In this document: positions 47,633 to 56,840 of the stretch, one piece after another | Numbering within the stretch: position 1 is the stretch's first letter | Layout: each line of letters starts with the position of its first letter | Assembly (NCBI GenBank): GCA_965203095.1 | Contig: OZ241877.1 | Span: 416,001-480,000, forward strand | Source of the DNA: Bdellovibrionales bacterium | GTDB lineage: Bacteria; Bdellovibrionota; Bdellovibrionia; Bdellovibrionales; UBA1609 | Length of the DNA stretch: 64,000 nucleotides | Direction: 5' to 3' | Made by a program: the position numbers and the translations under genes | Notes under the pieces: generated by a model | What the model saw: only the letters and a program-made list of their open reading frames with translations | Database searches by the model: none | What the model was told of the DNA's origin: nothing

Positions 47633-48384
47633 TTTCTGATAGAGATTTTTTTATTTTTTGTTTTATCTTTCTCTTTTCTGTGATTTTCATTTTATTTCAC
47701 ATGAAAGGGATAGGGAGGGATGCTGTTTTGAAAGGTCGGTTGGCTTTTTACAAAAAAAATTACACTTTGGCTCAAAAATATTTTGAGCAAGCTTTATCTA
47801 AAAATCCATTAGACCCTGTGCCTTATATCAACTTGGCTATAATTGAAGATGTATTGGGCCGGCCGGATAAAGCCTTACAGATTTATGATATTGTTGTCTC
47901 CCGTTTATCTGCTCCAGAATTAGAACCTATGTCTTATTTTGCTTATTACAATATGGGAGAGCTTAATGGCCGGTTGGGCCGGCGGGATCAGGCATTAAAA
48001 AATTATCAACAAGCTTTAGATTCATTCTTGAAGATGGATTTAATCAAACAGAATATTGAATTGTTGTTTCGGGAACCTGAGCAAAACCAAACAAACAAAA
48101 AAAACCAAGAACCTAAGGGAGACAAAAACAAAAAAACACAAAGCCAAGGTCAAAATGAGGACTTAGGCCAAAATAAAAAAAAACCTGTTCCAAAAAAATC
48201 CAAAGGGAAAAATTTAGAAAAACCGGATCCGCTCTCAAAGGAAGAGAAATCTCAAATCAGCCCTATAGGAGACACAGAGGAAAAAGCCATATTGGAGGAA
48301 GTCGAAAAGCAGGAAAACAAAGTTCGCTGGAAATTTTATAAAAGAGGAAAGCCTTTTGGGGACAAAGTGAAAAAGGATTGGTGA
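47614..48384 (+). CDS. batC: TPR protein BatC
   Basis: TPR motifs, NIELL, Gln/Lys-rich linker, C-terminal KDW. Confidence 0.8.
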   Translation: MGKYTIISDRDFFIFCFIFLFSVIFILFHMKGIGRDAVLKGRLAFYKKNYTLAQKYFEQALSKNPLDPVPYINLAIIEDVLGRPDKALQIYDIVVSRLSAPELEPMSYFAYYNMGELNGRLGRRDQALKNYQQALDSFLKMDLIKQNIELLFREPEQNQTNKKNQEPKGDKNKKTQSQGQNEDLGQNKKKPVPKKSKGKNLEKPDPLSKEEKSQISPIGDTEEKAILEEVEKQENKVRWKFYKRGKPFGDKVKKDW

Positions 48385-48400
48385 GGGGAATACAAAGCCA

Positions 48401-50194
48401 ATGAAGTTTTTTTTATTGACTTTGATTTTGGTTTTGAGCCAGCCCTCTCAGGCTTTAGACATTCAAGCTTTTGTGGATAAAAATGAATTGTCTTTAAATG
48501 AAAGCTTTGTTTTTACAATCAAACTACAATCTCAAAAAAGTCTTCCTAAAGGTCTGGACATGCCTGATCTGTCTCATCAGGATAATTTTTATCTTTTGAA
48601 TCAGTGGTCTGGCAGGGAAAGCTCTATTAACTGGATCAATGGCCAGATGGAAAAGACAGCTTCTATATCAAAAAACTATCGTCTTCAACCTAAAAAGACA
48701 GGGGTTTTAAAAATCCCAACATTTCGTATTCAAGCCAATGGAAAAGTTTTTAGCACTTCAGTTATTTCTATAACTGTTCACAAGGAGGCCAGCCCATCCT
48801 CACCAAAAAAAAGGCATAGCCCCTCTTGGCCTCCTTCTTCTATTATCCCTCCCTCTTATTTTGATTTGTTTGAAGATCCTTTTTCAAAAAAAGAACTTTC
48901 ATCAAATCCTGTCCATTTATTAACCCGTTTAAATAAAAAATCGGTTTATAAATCAGAGGGGATCCGTGTGGATTGGATCATTTTACAAAGCTCCAGCAGT
49001 GGGAATTACAGTGTTTATCAAAAACCTTCTCTTAAGGGTTTTTGGAAGGAGGAGTTAAAAAATAAGCACTCAAGATCATTAGGAACTGAACTCCGTGAGC
49101 AAGTTCTTTACAGGAAAACTCTTTTAGAAAGCCAGTGGCTGTTCCCTCTTAGAACTGGGGAATTAGTAATCGATCCTTATGCCATAAAGGCAGAAAAGAT
49201 TTTTGGCTTTCGGTTTCAAGAGCAAGTAATTAGCTCTTCAGCTCAAAATGTTCTGGTTAAGAATCTCCCCACTGAGGGCCGGGATCACTCTTTTACAGGG
49301 GCAGTGGGAGATTGGGCGATAAAAGCCCTTTTATCTGATTCCACAGTGAAAGTTGGGCAACCCCTGTCCTATAAAATTATTTTTGAGGGTTCAGGCCACC
49401 CTCGTTTTATCAGTTTGCCTGAGCTGGAACTTCCCTCCTCTGTGCAAACATATCCTCCAGTGGCAAAGTCCTTTTTCTTTGACTCTGGAAAAGGGCGAAA
49501 AGAGTTTGAGGTCCTTATCATCCCTCAAAAAGAGGGAACTTTAGTTATCCCTTCACAATCACTCAGTGTTTTTGACAGCTCCACTGGCAAATACATTTTG
49601 CAAAAAACAGATTCCTTTTCTTTATCTGTGCAAAAAGGGAAGATAAAGAACCAAGACCAACTCACTTTTTTTGAAGAGGAAAAAGGAGGAATCCCCCCTT
49701 TGCTGGATCCCATCTCAACAAATATTTGGCCCCGTTTTATAAACCATAAAAACCTTATGATTTTTTGGCTGTCGTTTTTGGTTTTTGCTCTATTAATTAA
49801 TTTGATTTTATTGGTTATTTTATTAAGAAATAAATTTCGCCTGCAAAAAAAATCCAGCTTAAAAGAAAAAGTAGAAAGGGAGTTTAAAAGCATAAGAGCT
49901 TATTTAGACAAAAAAAACTGGCGGAAGGCAGGGGCGGGTATGATCCAAGTCAATTATCTTTTGCTTTCTTCTTCTCCCACTCCAACATCTTCCCTGGGCT
50001 GGAGACAGGCTTTAGAAAAACTCCCCCTCAGCCAAAATAAAAAATATTTTACTGAGTTTGAAAATTTATTTAAGGATTTAGAAACCTTGAGCTTTGCCCC
50101 ACAGTCTCCTTCAGAGGAGACTGCTTTAAAACAAGCACAGAGCTTGTTAAAGAGGTCAGAAACTCTGGCCCAAGCTTTTTTATCTAAGAAATAG
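48401..50194 (+). CDS. batD: BatD family protein
   Basis: Signal peptide, VDKNELSLNE, INWINGQ, FTGAVG, GSG, C-terminal TM. Confidence 0.85.
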   Translation: MKFFLLTLILVLSQPSQALDIQAFVDKNELSLNESFVFTIKLQSQKSLPKGLDMPDLSHQDNFYLLNQWSGRESSINWINGQMEKTASISKNYRLQPKKTGVLKIPTFRIQANGKVFSTSVISITVHKEASPSSPKKRHSPSWPPSSIIPPSYFDLFEDPFSKKELSSNPVHLLTRLNKKSVYKSEGIRVDWIILQSSSSGNYSVYQKPSLKGFWKEELKNKHSRSLGTELREQVLYRKTLLESQWLFPLRTGELVIDPYAIKAEKIFGFRFQEQVISSSAQNVLVKNLPTEGRDHSFTGAVGDWAIKALLSDSTVKVGQPLSYKIIFEGSGHPRFISLPELELPSSVQTYPPVAKSFFFDSGKGRKEFEVLIIPQKEGTLVIPSQSLSVFDSSTGKYILQKTDSFSLSVQKGKIKNQDQLTFFEEEKGGIPPLLDPISTNIWPRFINHKNLMIFWLSFLVFALLINLILLVILLRNKFRLQKKSSLKEKVEREFKSIRAYLDKKNWRKAGAGMIQVNYLLLSSSPTPTSSLGWRQALEKLPLSQNKKYFTEFENLFKDLETLSFAPQSPSEETALKQAQSLLKRSETLAQAFLSKK

Positions 50195-50204
50195 CTTGTG
50201 AAAA

Positions 50205-50250
50205 GTCATTCCCGCCGAGCCAGTCATTCCCGCCTTGAGCGGGAATCCAG
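50205..50250. repeat. REP-like units GTCATTCCCGCC..GCGGGAATCCAG (one partial, one complete)
   Basis: Matches copies near 3919, 29535, 52808, 56310 and 56623. Confidence 0.8.
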
Positions 50251-50402
50251 AAAAATCTGTTTTTAAGTTTACTTGCCCAAAGGCAAAAGAAGTTTAAAGG
50301 ATGCTTTTTCAGGAATGGCGGAGTTTTTTTACAGTCGATTATTATAGAGAAAAGTGGGTTCAGGGCTTGATTTTTAAATCTCGATCAGGCAAAATCCAAA
50401 AC

Positions 50403-51506
50403 ATGAAAACAAGAAAAAAAGTTTTAGTGGCCATGAGCGGTGGGGTGGATAGCTCTGTATCCGCCGCCCTTTTAAAAGACCAGGGCTATGATGTGATAGG
50501 AGCTACCCTTCAGGTTTGGGATTATTCTAAAAATAAAAATCCAGAAGGCTTTGGGACCTGTTGCTCTCATGTGGATGTTCAAGATGCTCGCACAGTTTGT
50601 GATATTTTGAACATTCCTTTTTATGTTTTAAACAGTGAAAACCTTTTTGAGGAAAAGGTCATTCAACCTTTTGTTCGTGATTATTTGAACGCGAGGACAC
50701 CTATCCCTTGTTCCCACTGCAACACTTTTTTAAAGTTTCACTATCTGATAGAAAAAATGAATGAGCTGGACTGCGATTTTTTAGCTACAGGGCATTATGC
50801 TAAAATTTGCCAGCTGAAAGGGGGGAAACAGGGCTTATTCATGAGTGAAGACCTCAGCAAAGATCAAACCTATTTTTTGTTTCATCTGGATCCGGGCATT
50901 CTCTCCCGATTGCTTTTTCCCTTAGGCTCTATGAAAAAACAAAAAGTCCGTGAGATAGCCCTTAAAAAAGCTCTTCCTGTTTTTGGAAAAAAAGACTCCA
51001 CAGGCATTTGTTTTATTGGCAAAGGGGATTACAGATCTTTTGTGGAAAACTATGCTCGAAAAAACAGATGGGGTGGGCAAAAATCTGGCCTGTTCAAACA
51101 GTATCCTACTGGCACAGTTTTAGGAGAGCACAAAGGCATTCACAACTTCACTATAGGCCAAAGAAAAGGCTTGGGCATCCCCTCTAACAAGGCTCTGTTT
51201 GTTATTCAAATTGACCCTGCCCAAGGGGAAGTTTGGTTAGGAGAGGAAAAAGATCTTTACTGCCAAACGGCAGAGGTGAGGGATGTTCATTGGTTAGATA
51301 AAGCCCTCCCTGGGGAACAAATTGATGTTAAGATCCGTTTTCAAGATCAAGCCTCCCCTGCTCATTTTCATGAAAACAAAGGTTCTTATTTTGTAAAATT
51401 TATTCAACCAAAAAAAGCTCTCACTCCTGGGCAAAGTGCTGTATTTTATAGAGGCTCTCAAGTTTTAGGAGGTGGCTTTATTTATTCGGGAAGCTCTTTA
51501 AAATGA
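50403..51506 (+). CDS. mnmA: tRNA 2-thiouridine(34) synthase
   Basis: AMSGGVDSS, TPIPCSHCN, ATGHYA, KDQTYFL, DSTGICF, TIGQRKG, TPGQ; start at MKTRKK. Confidence 0.97.
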   Translation: MKTRKKVLVAMSGGVDSSVSAALLKDQGYDVIGATLQVWDYSKNKNPEGFGTCCSHVDVQDARTVCDILNIPFYVLNSENLFEEKVIQPFVRDYLNARTPIPCSHCNTFLKFHYLIEKMNELDCDFLATGHYAKICQLKGGKQGLFMSEDLSKDQTYFLFHLDPGILSRLLFPLGSMKKQKVREIALKKALPVFGKKDSTGICFIGKGDYRSFVENYARKNRWGGQKSGLFKQYPTGTVLGEHKGIHNFTIGQRKGLGIPSNKALFVIQIDPAQGEVWLGEEKDLYCQTAEVRDVHWLDKALPGEQIDVKIRFQDQASPAHFHENKGSYFVKFIQPKKALTPGQSAVFYRGSQVLGGGFIYSGSSLK

Positions 51507-52786
51507 AAACCTCTATTCAAGTTAAAACTTTTGGATGTAAGCTCAACCATTATGATAGCCTTTTGATTGAGCAGGAGCTTAAAGGCTTGAACTTACAAAA
51601 AAAATTGTTTGTTTTAAACAGTTGTGCCGTCACCGCTCAAGCGGGAAAGAAAATCCGGAAAATAGCCGATAAAATTAAAATCTCCCATCCGGATAGTCTT
51701 ATTGCTTTGACAGGTTGTGGTGCTCAGGTGGAGTCCGATCTTTATGAAAAGACAAAATCTATTGATCTCATTGTGGGCAACTCCGATAAAAAAAACCTGA
51801 GCTTGATTTTAAAAAAAATTTCCGACAATCAAAATCCTCCTGTTAAAAATAAAGTTTTTAAATCCAACATTTTTAAGTCTTCTGGAATTTTTAGCGATTT
51901 TGTGCCTCCCGATCCGGACAGGACCAGAGCTTTTTTAAAAATTCAAGATGGTTGCGACAGCTTTTGCTCTTTTTGCATAATTCCCTTTGCCAGAGGGAAA
52001 AGCAAAAGTTTGCCAATGGAGTTTTTAGCCCAATCCATTCAAAAACTGGAAGAACGAGATGTCAAGGAAGCCGTTTTAACGGGTGTTCACATTGGAGATT
52101 ATAAAGATGGGGATAAAGGCTTAGAAGATCTTTTAATTTATCTTTTGAAAAAAACCCAGATCCCTCGCCTTCGCCTGACCAGTTTAGAGCCGGTGGAAAT
52201 TACTGACAAACTCTTAGAACTATTTAACGATGAAAGGCTTTGCCCTCATTTTCACATCAGTTTACAAAGTGCCAGCACTTCTGTTTTGCAGTCCATGAAA
52301 AGGAAATACAGTCAAAAAGAAGTTCTAATGGCTTTTAAAAAAATCAGCCAAAAAGTTCCTAAAGCTTTTGTGGGTTTAGACATGATTGCTGGATTCCCCT
52401 CAGAGTCTCAAAAAGATTTTGAGGAAAGTTATAATGTTTTAAGAGATCAAAATTGGACATGCATTCATGTCTTCCCTTACAGCAGTAGAAAGGGGACTTA
52501 TGCAAATTTCAAATACAAAAATCTTCCGGATAAAGAGCGATACCGAAGGGCTGAGCTTTTAAGACGACTCAGTGAGAGCCGGCTCAAAAGCCAGATGGAG
52601 AAACAAAAAAACGAAAGGAAAAAGATACTCCTTTTCAAAAAAAACAATCAAGAAGGTTTGAGCCGGGACTATTGGAAGGTGACTTTACCCCCTTCAAATG
52701 CAAAGGGGGAGAAAACAGCTCTTATTAAAGGGCCGGACATAACAAAACCGGGATGGTTAAAAGGGGCTTGGCCTCCGTGCCATTAA
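51503..52786 (+). CDS. mtaB: Threonylcarbamoyladenosine tRNA methylthiotransferase
   Basis: TFGCKLN, NSCAVT, RTRAFLKIQDGCDSFCSFC radical-SAM motif, HVFPYS. Confidence 0.92.
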   Translation: MKTSIQVKTFGCKLNHYDSLLIEQELKGLNLQKKLFVLNSCAVTAQAGKKIRKIADKIKISHPDSLIALTGCGAQVESDLYEKTKSIDLIVGNSDKKNLSLILKKISDNQNPPVKNKVFKSNIFKSSGIFSDFVPPDPDRTRAFLKIQDGCDSFCSFCIIPFARGKSKSLPMEFLAQSIQKLEERDVKEAVLTGVHIGDYKDGDKGLEDLLIYLLKKTQIPRLRLTSLEPVEITDKLLELFNDERLCPHFHISLQSASTSVLQSMKRKYSQKEVLMAFKKISQKVPKAFVGLDMIAGFPSESQKDFEESYNVLRDQNWTCIHVFPYSSRKGTYANFKYKNLPDKERYRRAELLRRLSESRLKSQMEKQKNERKKILLFKKNNQEGLSRDYWKVTLPPSNAKGEKTALIKGPDITKPGWLKGAWPPCH

Positions 52787-52869
52787 GCTTTCAGAGCTGA
52801 TATTTTAGTCGCTCGTGAAAACGAGAATCCAGAAAAACTTGCCCCCTTAAATACCCATGAACCTTTTAT

Positions 52870-54759
52870 TTATCTTTGGTAAATTTTTTCAAATTGTTTT
52901 TGGATATGACAGATTGTTAAAGGCCGGCCATCATATTGCAAAAGGGATTTCATCTTTGGGGCGGATTTTGGAAATTCAGCACTTAACAACTGCTTCAACT
53001 GCCCACCTCTGTTTTGCTCCACAACAAAAATTTCTGACTGCTCTTTTAAAAAACTCTCTACCCTTTTAGGGAAAGGGAAAGAGCGGATACGAATAAAATT
53101 GCTTTTTAAGCCTTTATCTTTTAAAAGATGTCTCAATTCTTGAACGACGGCCTCATTGGGGCCAAAGGTGACAAAGGCTAAACTTTGTTTTGAAGAGGAT
53201 TCAATAATAGGTTCCGGCATAAGCTTTTTAGCATTTTCCCATTTCCTTTTGAGTTTATTTAATTTCCAAGAATAATCTTCTGGCCTTTCAGAATACTCTG
53301 CTTTTTTGTTATGGCCGGAGCCACGGTCTAAGTGAGCCTCCTTAGGGTAGTGAATGCCGGGCAAAAAACGAGGGGATATGCCATCTCCTTTGGGATCTTC
53401 ATATAAGAACTTTGTTTTTGCTAAGTCCGTCCCTTTTAATAATTTCCCTCTTTTTAATGGCCGGGGGTTATTTTGAAAAGTCTGGCTCAGTCTCAAATTC
53501 ATCCCTAAATCCAAATCGCTTAAAACAATCACTAAAGTTTGCAATTCCTCTGCTAAGTCAAAAGCCTGAGCTGTTAAATAAAAAGCCTCTTCTGGTGTTC
53601 CTGGCAAGAGGACAATGTGCCGGCAGTCTCCGTGAGATAAAAAAGCGGAAGAGAGGAGATCTCCTTGATGAGTTCTTGTAGGGAGACCTGTTGAAGGCCC
53701 AGCCCTTTGAACATTGCATAAAACCAGAGGGATCTCTGCAAAATAGCTTAAGCCTGCCCCCTCACTCATCAGGGAAAGGCCTGGCCCTGAGGTGGCTGTC
53801 ATAGCCCGAAGGCCCGCCCAACCCGCTCCAATGGCTTGAGCGATGCTTGCCAATTCGTCCTCTGATTGCAAAACCACAAACTTTTTTTGCCCTTTCTCAT
53901 CTCTTTGATAAGTGTTGGCCAACTTTTCAAAATTTTCTGCAAGGGAGGTGGCCGGGGTGATAGGATACCAAGACAAAAACTGACAGCCGGCACTTAAAGC
54001 ACCTAAGGCCATACAGGTATTCCCATCTATCAAAATTTTATCTGAGCTGGCTTGGTTTTGTTTGTCTGTTGCTGTTTTATTTTCCTCTTTGAATTTAAAA
54101 TTTGGTTTTTTTTGAAAGTTCCCACCTGCTAATGTTTTTTTAGGAATAGGGAAGGGAATTTTATAAGCTGAGGCCAAATCCCGCCCTATATTGAGAGCCT
54201 GTTGGTTGTTTTTAAAAGCACTACTCTGTTTTTCTATAGAGAAAAAGTCTTTTAAACTCTGTTCAATAAGGCTTTTTTCCAACTGGAACCATTCACAAAA
54301 AAGCCCCACATAGATCATATTTTTAAGTAAGGGGCGGATTTTGGGGCTGATGTTTTTTAAAGAGGAGCTGAAAGGGATCGGCCAGATTTGAACATGGCTT
54401 TGAGTAGTGGTTTTATTGCTAACTAAAGGCTTTTTTATTGTTTTTTCTAATTTGTCTTTTTCATCCCCAATCAAAAGCCCTCCGGGCTTCAGATCATTTA
54501 GATCATCTTGCAGGCTTTTGGGATTGAGGCTGATCAGAATATTTGCTGGGATAGAAAATCCCGTCCAGCCTTTCTCGCTTATCCTCAAGCTGTAAAGGCA
54601 GGGCAGACCGGCAATATTAGAAGGGAAAAAGCTATAAGCCCCCAGCCTCCAGCCGGCACGAAAAAGCATTTTTGTTAACAGTTGATTGGCGGAAAGACTC
54701 CCCGTGCCATTCACTGTGGCAATGTTAATTATGAGATTTTTCATTATGCCTTTACCCAC
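52870..54759 (-). CDS. 2-oxoacid:acceptor oxidoreductase alpha subunit (gamma-alpha fusion)
   Basis: ATVNGTGS, SNIAGLP, WYPITPAT, EDELAS, TATSGPGLSLM, QRAGPSTGLPT, VEQN. Confidence 0.92.
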   Translation of the reverse strand: MGKGIMKNLIINIATVNGTGSLSANQLLTKMLFRAGWRLGAYSFFPSNIAGLPCLYSLRISEKGWTGFSIPANILISLNPKSLQDDLNDLKPGGLLIGDEKDKLEKTIKKPLVSNKTTTQSHVQIWPIPFSSSLKNISPKIRPLLKNMIYVGLFCEWFQLEKSLIEQSLKDFFSIEKQSSAFKNNQQALNIGRDLASAYKIPFPIPKKTLAGGNFQKKPNFKFKEENKTATDKQNQASSDKILIDGNTCMALGALSAGCQFLSWYPITPATSLAENFEKLANTYQRDEKGQKKFVVLQSEDELASIAQAIGAGWAGLRAMTATSGPGLSLMSEGAGLSYFAEIPLVLCNVQRAGPSTGLPTRTHQGDLLSSAFLSHGDCRHIVLLPGTPEEAFYLTAQAFDLAEELQTLVIVLSDLDLGMNLRLSQTFQNNPRPLKRGKLLKGTDLAKTKFLYEDPKGDGISPRFLPGIHYPKEAHLDRGSGHNKKAEYSERPEDYSWKLNKLKRKWENAKKLMPEPIIESSSKQSLAFVTFGPNEAVVQELRHLLKDKGLKSNFIRIRSFPFPKRVESFLKEQSEIFVVEQNRGGQLKQLLSAEFPKSAPKMKSLLQYDGRPLTICHIQKQFEKIYQR

Positions 54760-54826
54760 TATTTTTTTGGCAAGGGTGGGTTTTTGCCTTTAAAATAAGC
54801 CCTCAAGTTTGCTTGTGGAAACCTCT

Positions 54827-56215
54827 TTATGGCTTGGGGCTGATCATGTCTTTTGGGGAAATCCACTTGTCAAACTCTTCTTCAGTCACAAAGCCTGACT
54901 GAACCGCTGTCTCTTTTAAGGTTTTTCCACTTTTAAAAGCGGATTGGGCAATTTTTGTGGCTTTGTCATAGCCAATATGTGGGTTGAGTGCCGTGATCAG
55001 CATGAGGCTACTATCTAAATTCTGTTTTATTTTCTTTTTATTGGCTTTTAAACCTTTAAGACATTTTTCTCGAAAATTGTTTAAGCCATCATTTAAGAGG
55101 CGAGCAGAGCGGAGGCTGTTAAAAAAAATAAGAGGCTTATAAGTGTTCAGTTGAAATTGCCCGCCGGCTCCTCCTAAGCTCACAGCTAAATCTTGCCCCA
55201 TCACCTGAGCACAAAGCATACTTAAGGCTTCGCATTGGCTGGGGTTGACTTTACCGGGCATAATGGAACTTCCCGGTTCATTGACTGGCAAAGTAAGCTC
55301 CCCTAAGCCAGCACGAGGCCCACTGGCTAAAAGGCGAATGTCATTGGCTACTTTAGTCAAGCTGACAGCTAAGGTTTTAAATGATCCGCTCAGCTGAACA
55401 AAGCTATCGTGGCTGGCTTGGGCTGAAAAATTATTTTTTGCGGGTTGGAAGGGATAACCGGTTTTTTCTTTCAAAAAAGCACAAACCTTTTCGCTAAAAT
55501 GAGACCAGCTATTGAGGCCCGTTCCTACGGCTGTTCCTCCAATAGGGAGACTCAATAGTTCGGCAAGGCTTTTTTCTATCCGGCTTTTATTGAGCTGGAT
55601 TTGTTGGTGAAAGGCGGAAAATTCCTGCCCCAACGACATAGGGACAGCATCCATTAAATGGGTTCGCCCTATTTTTATAATGTCTTTAAACTCTTCTGTT
55701 TTGGCTTTTATTGCCTCAGAGAAGAGGCTCAGTGCGGGAATGAGATTTTTTTGAGTAAAAATATAGAGGGCTATCCTCATAGCCGAGGGGACTGTGTCGT
55801 TAGAGGATTGGCCTTTATTCACATCATCATTGGGATGGATACTTTTATCACCGACTTTTCCTTTAGAAAGTTGAATGGCCCGATTGGCAATCACCTCGTT
55901 GACATTCATATTGCTTTGTGTCCCGCTTCCTGTTTGCCATACACTTAAGGGGAAGTGATCGTTTAGAAGACCCTGCTGGATCTCTACGGCGGATTTTATA
56001 ATCCATTGGGCTTTTTTTTTGTCCAACAGACCTTTTTCTAAATGAGCTTTAGCTGAGCATTCTTTGATAAGGGCTAAGGCTTTAATCAGCTCTATGGGCA
56101 TGAGGTCTTGGCCGATTTTAAAATTTTTTAACGACCTTTGGCTTTGCGCTCCCCAGAGTTTGTCTGCGGGGATACTCACTTCGCCCAAGCTGTCTTTTTC
56201 TGTCCGGGTCTTCAA
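54827..56215 (-). CDS. fumC: Class II fumarate hydratase
   Basis: WGAQSQRS, QTGSGT, GRTHLMDA, GSSIMPGKVNP; TTG start with AAGGAGG. Confidence 0.97.
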   Translation of the reverse strand: MKTRTEKDSLGEVSIPADKLWGAQSQRSLKNFKIGQDLMPIELIKALALIKECSAKAHLEKGLLDKKKAQWIIKSAVEIQQGLLNDHFPLSVWQTGSGTQSNMNVNEVIANRAIQLSKGKVGDKSIHPNDDVNKGQSSNDTVPSAMRIALYIFTQKNLIPALSLFSEAIKAKTEEFKDIIKIGRTHLMDAVPMSLGQEFSAFHQQIQLNKSRIEKSLAELLSLPIGGTAVGTGLNSWSHFSEKVCAFLKEKTGYPFQPAKNNFSAQASHDSFVQLSGSFKTLAVSLTKVANDIRLLASGPRAGLGELTLPVNEPGSSIMPGKVNPSQCEALSMLCAQVMGQDLAVSLGGAGGQFQLNTYKPLIFFNSLRSARLLNDGLNNFREKCLKGLKANKKKIKQNLDSSLMLITALNPHIGYDKATKIAQSAFKSGKTLKETAVQSGFVTEEEFDKWISPKDMISPKP

Positions 56216-56309
56216 CAGTGCCTCCTTATTTTATTAAGATGGGTTCATGAGTATTTTCCTCATATTTTTGATAATAGCAAGGTTCATGAATCATAATTTG
56301 TGAGAGATT

Positions 56310-56725
56310 GTTGTTCCTGCCTTGAGTGGGAATCCAGAAAAGCCTGTTCTCGTAAAAACAGGGGTTTTTCTCGCAAAAAATCTACATTTAATGGATCGCA
56401 CAAGCAAAAAGTCCAGCTTGTTCGGGACGGCAATACCTTGGACCCTCACCGCTGGCTTTTGCTTGTGCGATAAAGAACAGAGATTTTTTATAGGCAATTT
56501 TTTAGTTTTTTTGCCTGATCTGGCTTTTTTTCTAAAGTTTTTTAAACAAAAAACCGATAGGTCTTTATAATGAAGAAAAATAGACCCTTGGAAAGTTTGC
56601 CAAAAAGCTCCCTAAGCTTTTTAGCTCCCGTGAAAACGGGAATCCAGAAATCTTTTCCGCAAAAACTTATTGAAAAGTCTTATTCCTTAGCTTTTTGCCC
56701 AAAGGCCATTTCATTTCGGGACGGT
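56310..56725. repeat. Repeat cluster: REP-like units, full core hairpin (56395-56471) and a truncated composite copy (56623-56725)
   Basis: Core identical to the 1220 and 21531 copies; 56650-56725 is the approximate reverse complement of 4025-4100. Confidence 0.8.
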
Positions 56726-56732
56726 AAATTTA

Positions 56733-56750
56733 CCCCCCCCCCCCCCCCCC
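56733..56750. repeat. C18 homopolymer, candidate slipped-strand phase-variation tract
   Basis: 18 consecutive C in an AT-rich genome, lying between ATG 56570 and the prepilin motif of the fibre gene. Confidence 0.8.
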
Positions 56751-56840
56751 GAAAAACGCTGTAAATTCAATAGTTTAAAGCATTTTAAACACAAAAAAAC
56801 TTTTCTTTTAAATAATAAAGGCTTTTCTATTACCGGTGTT

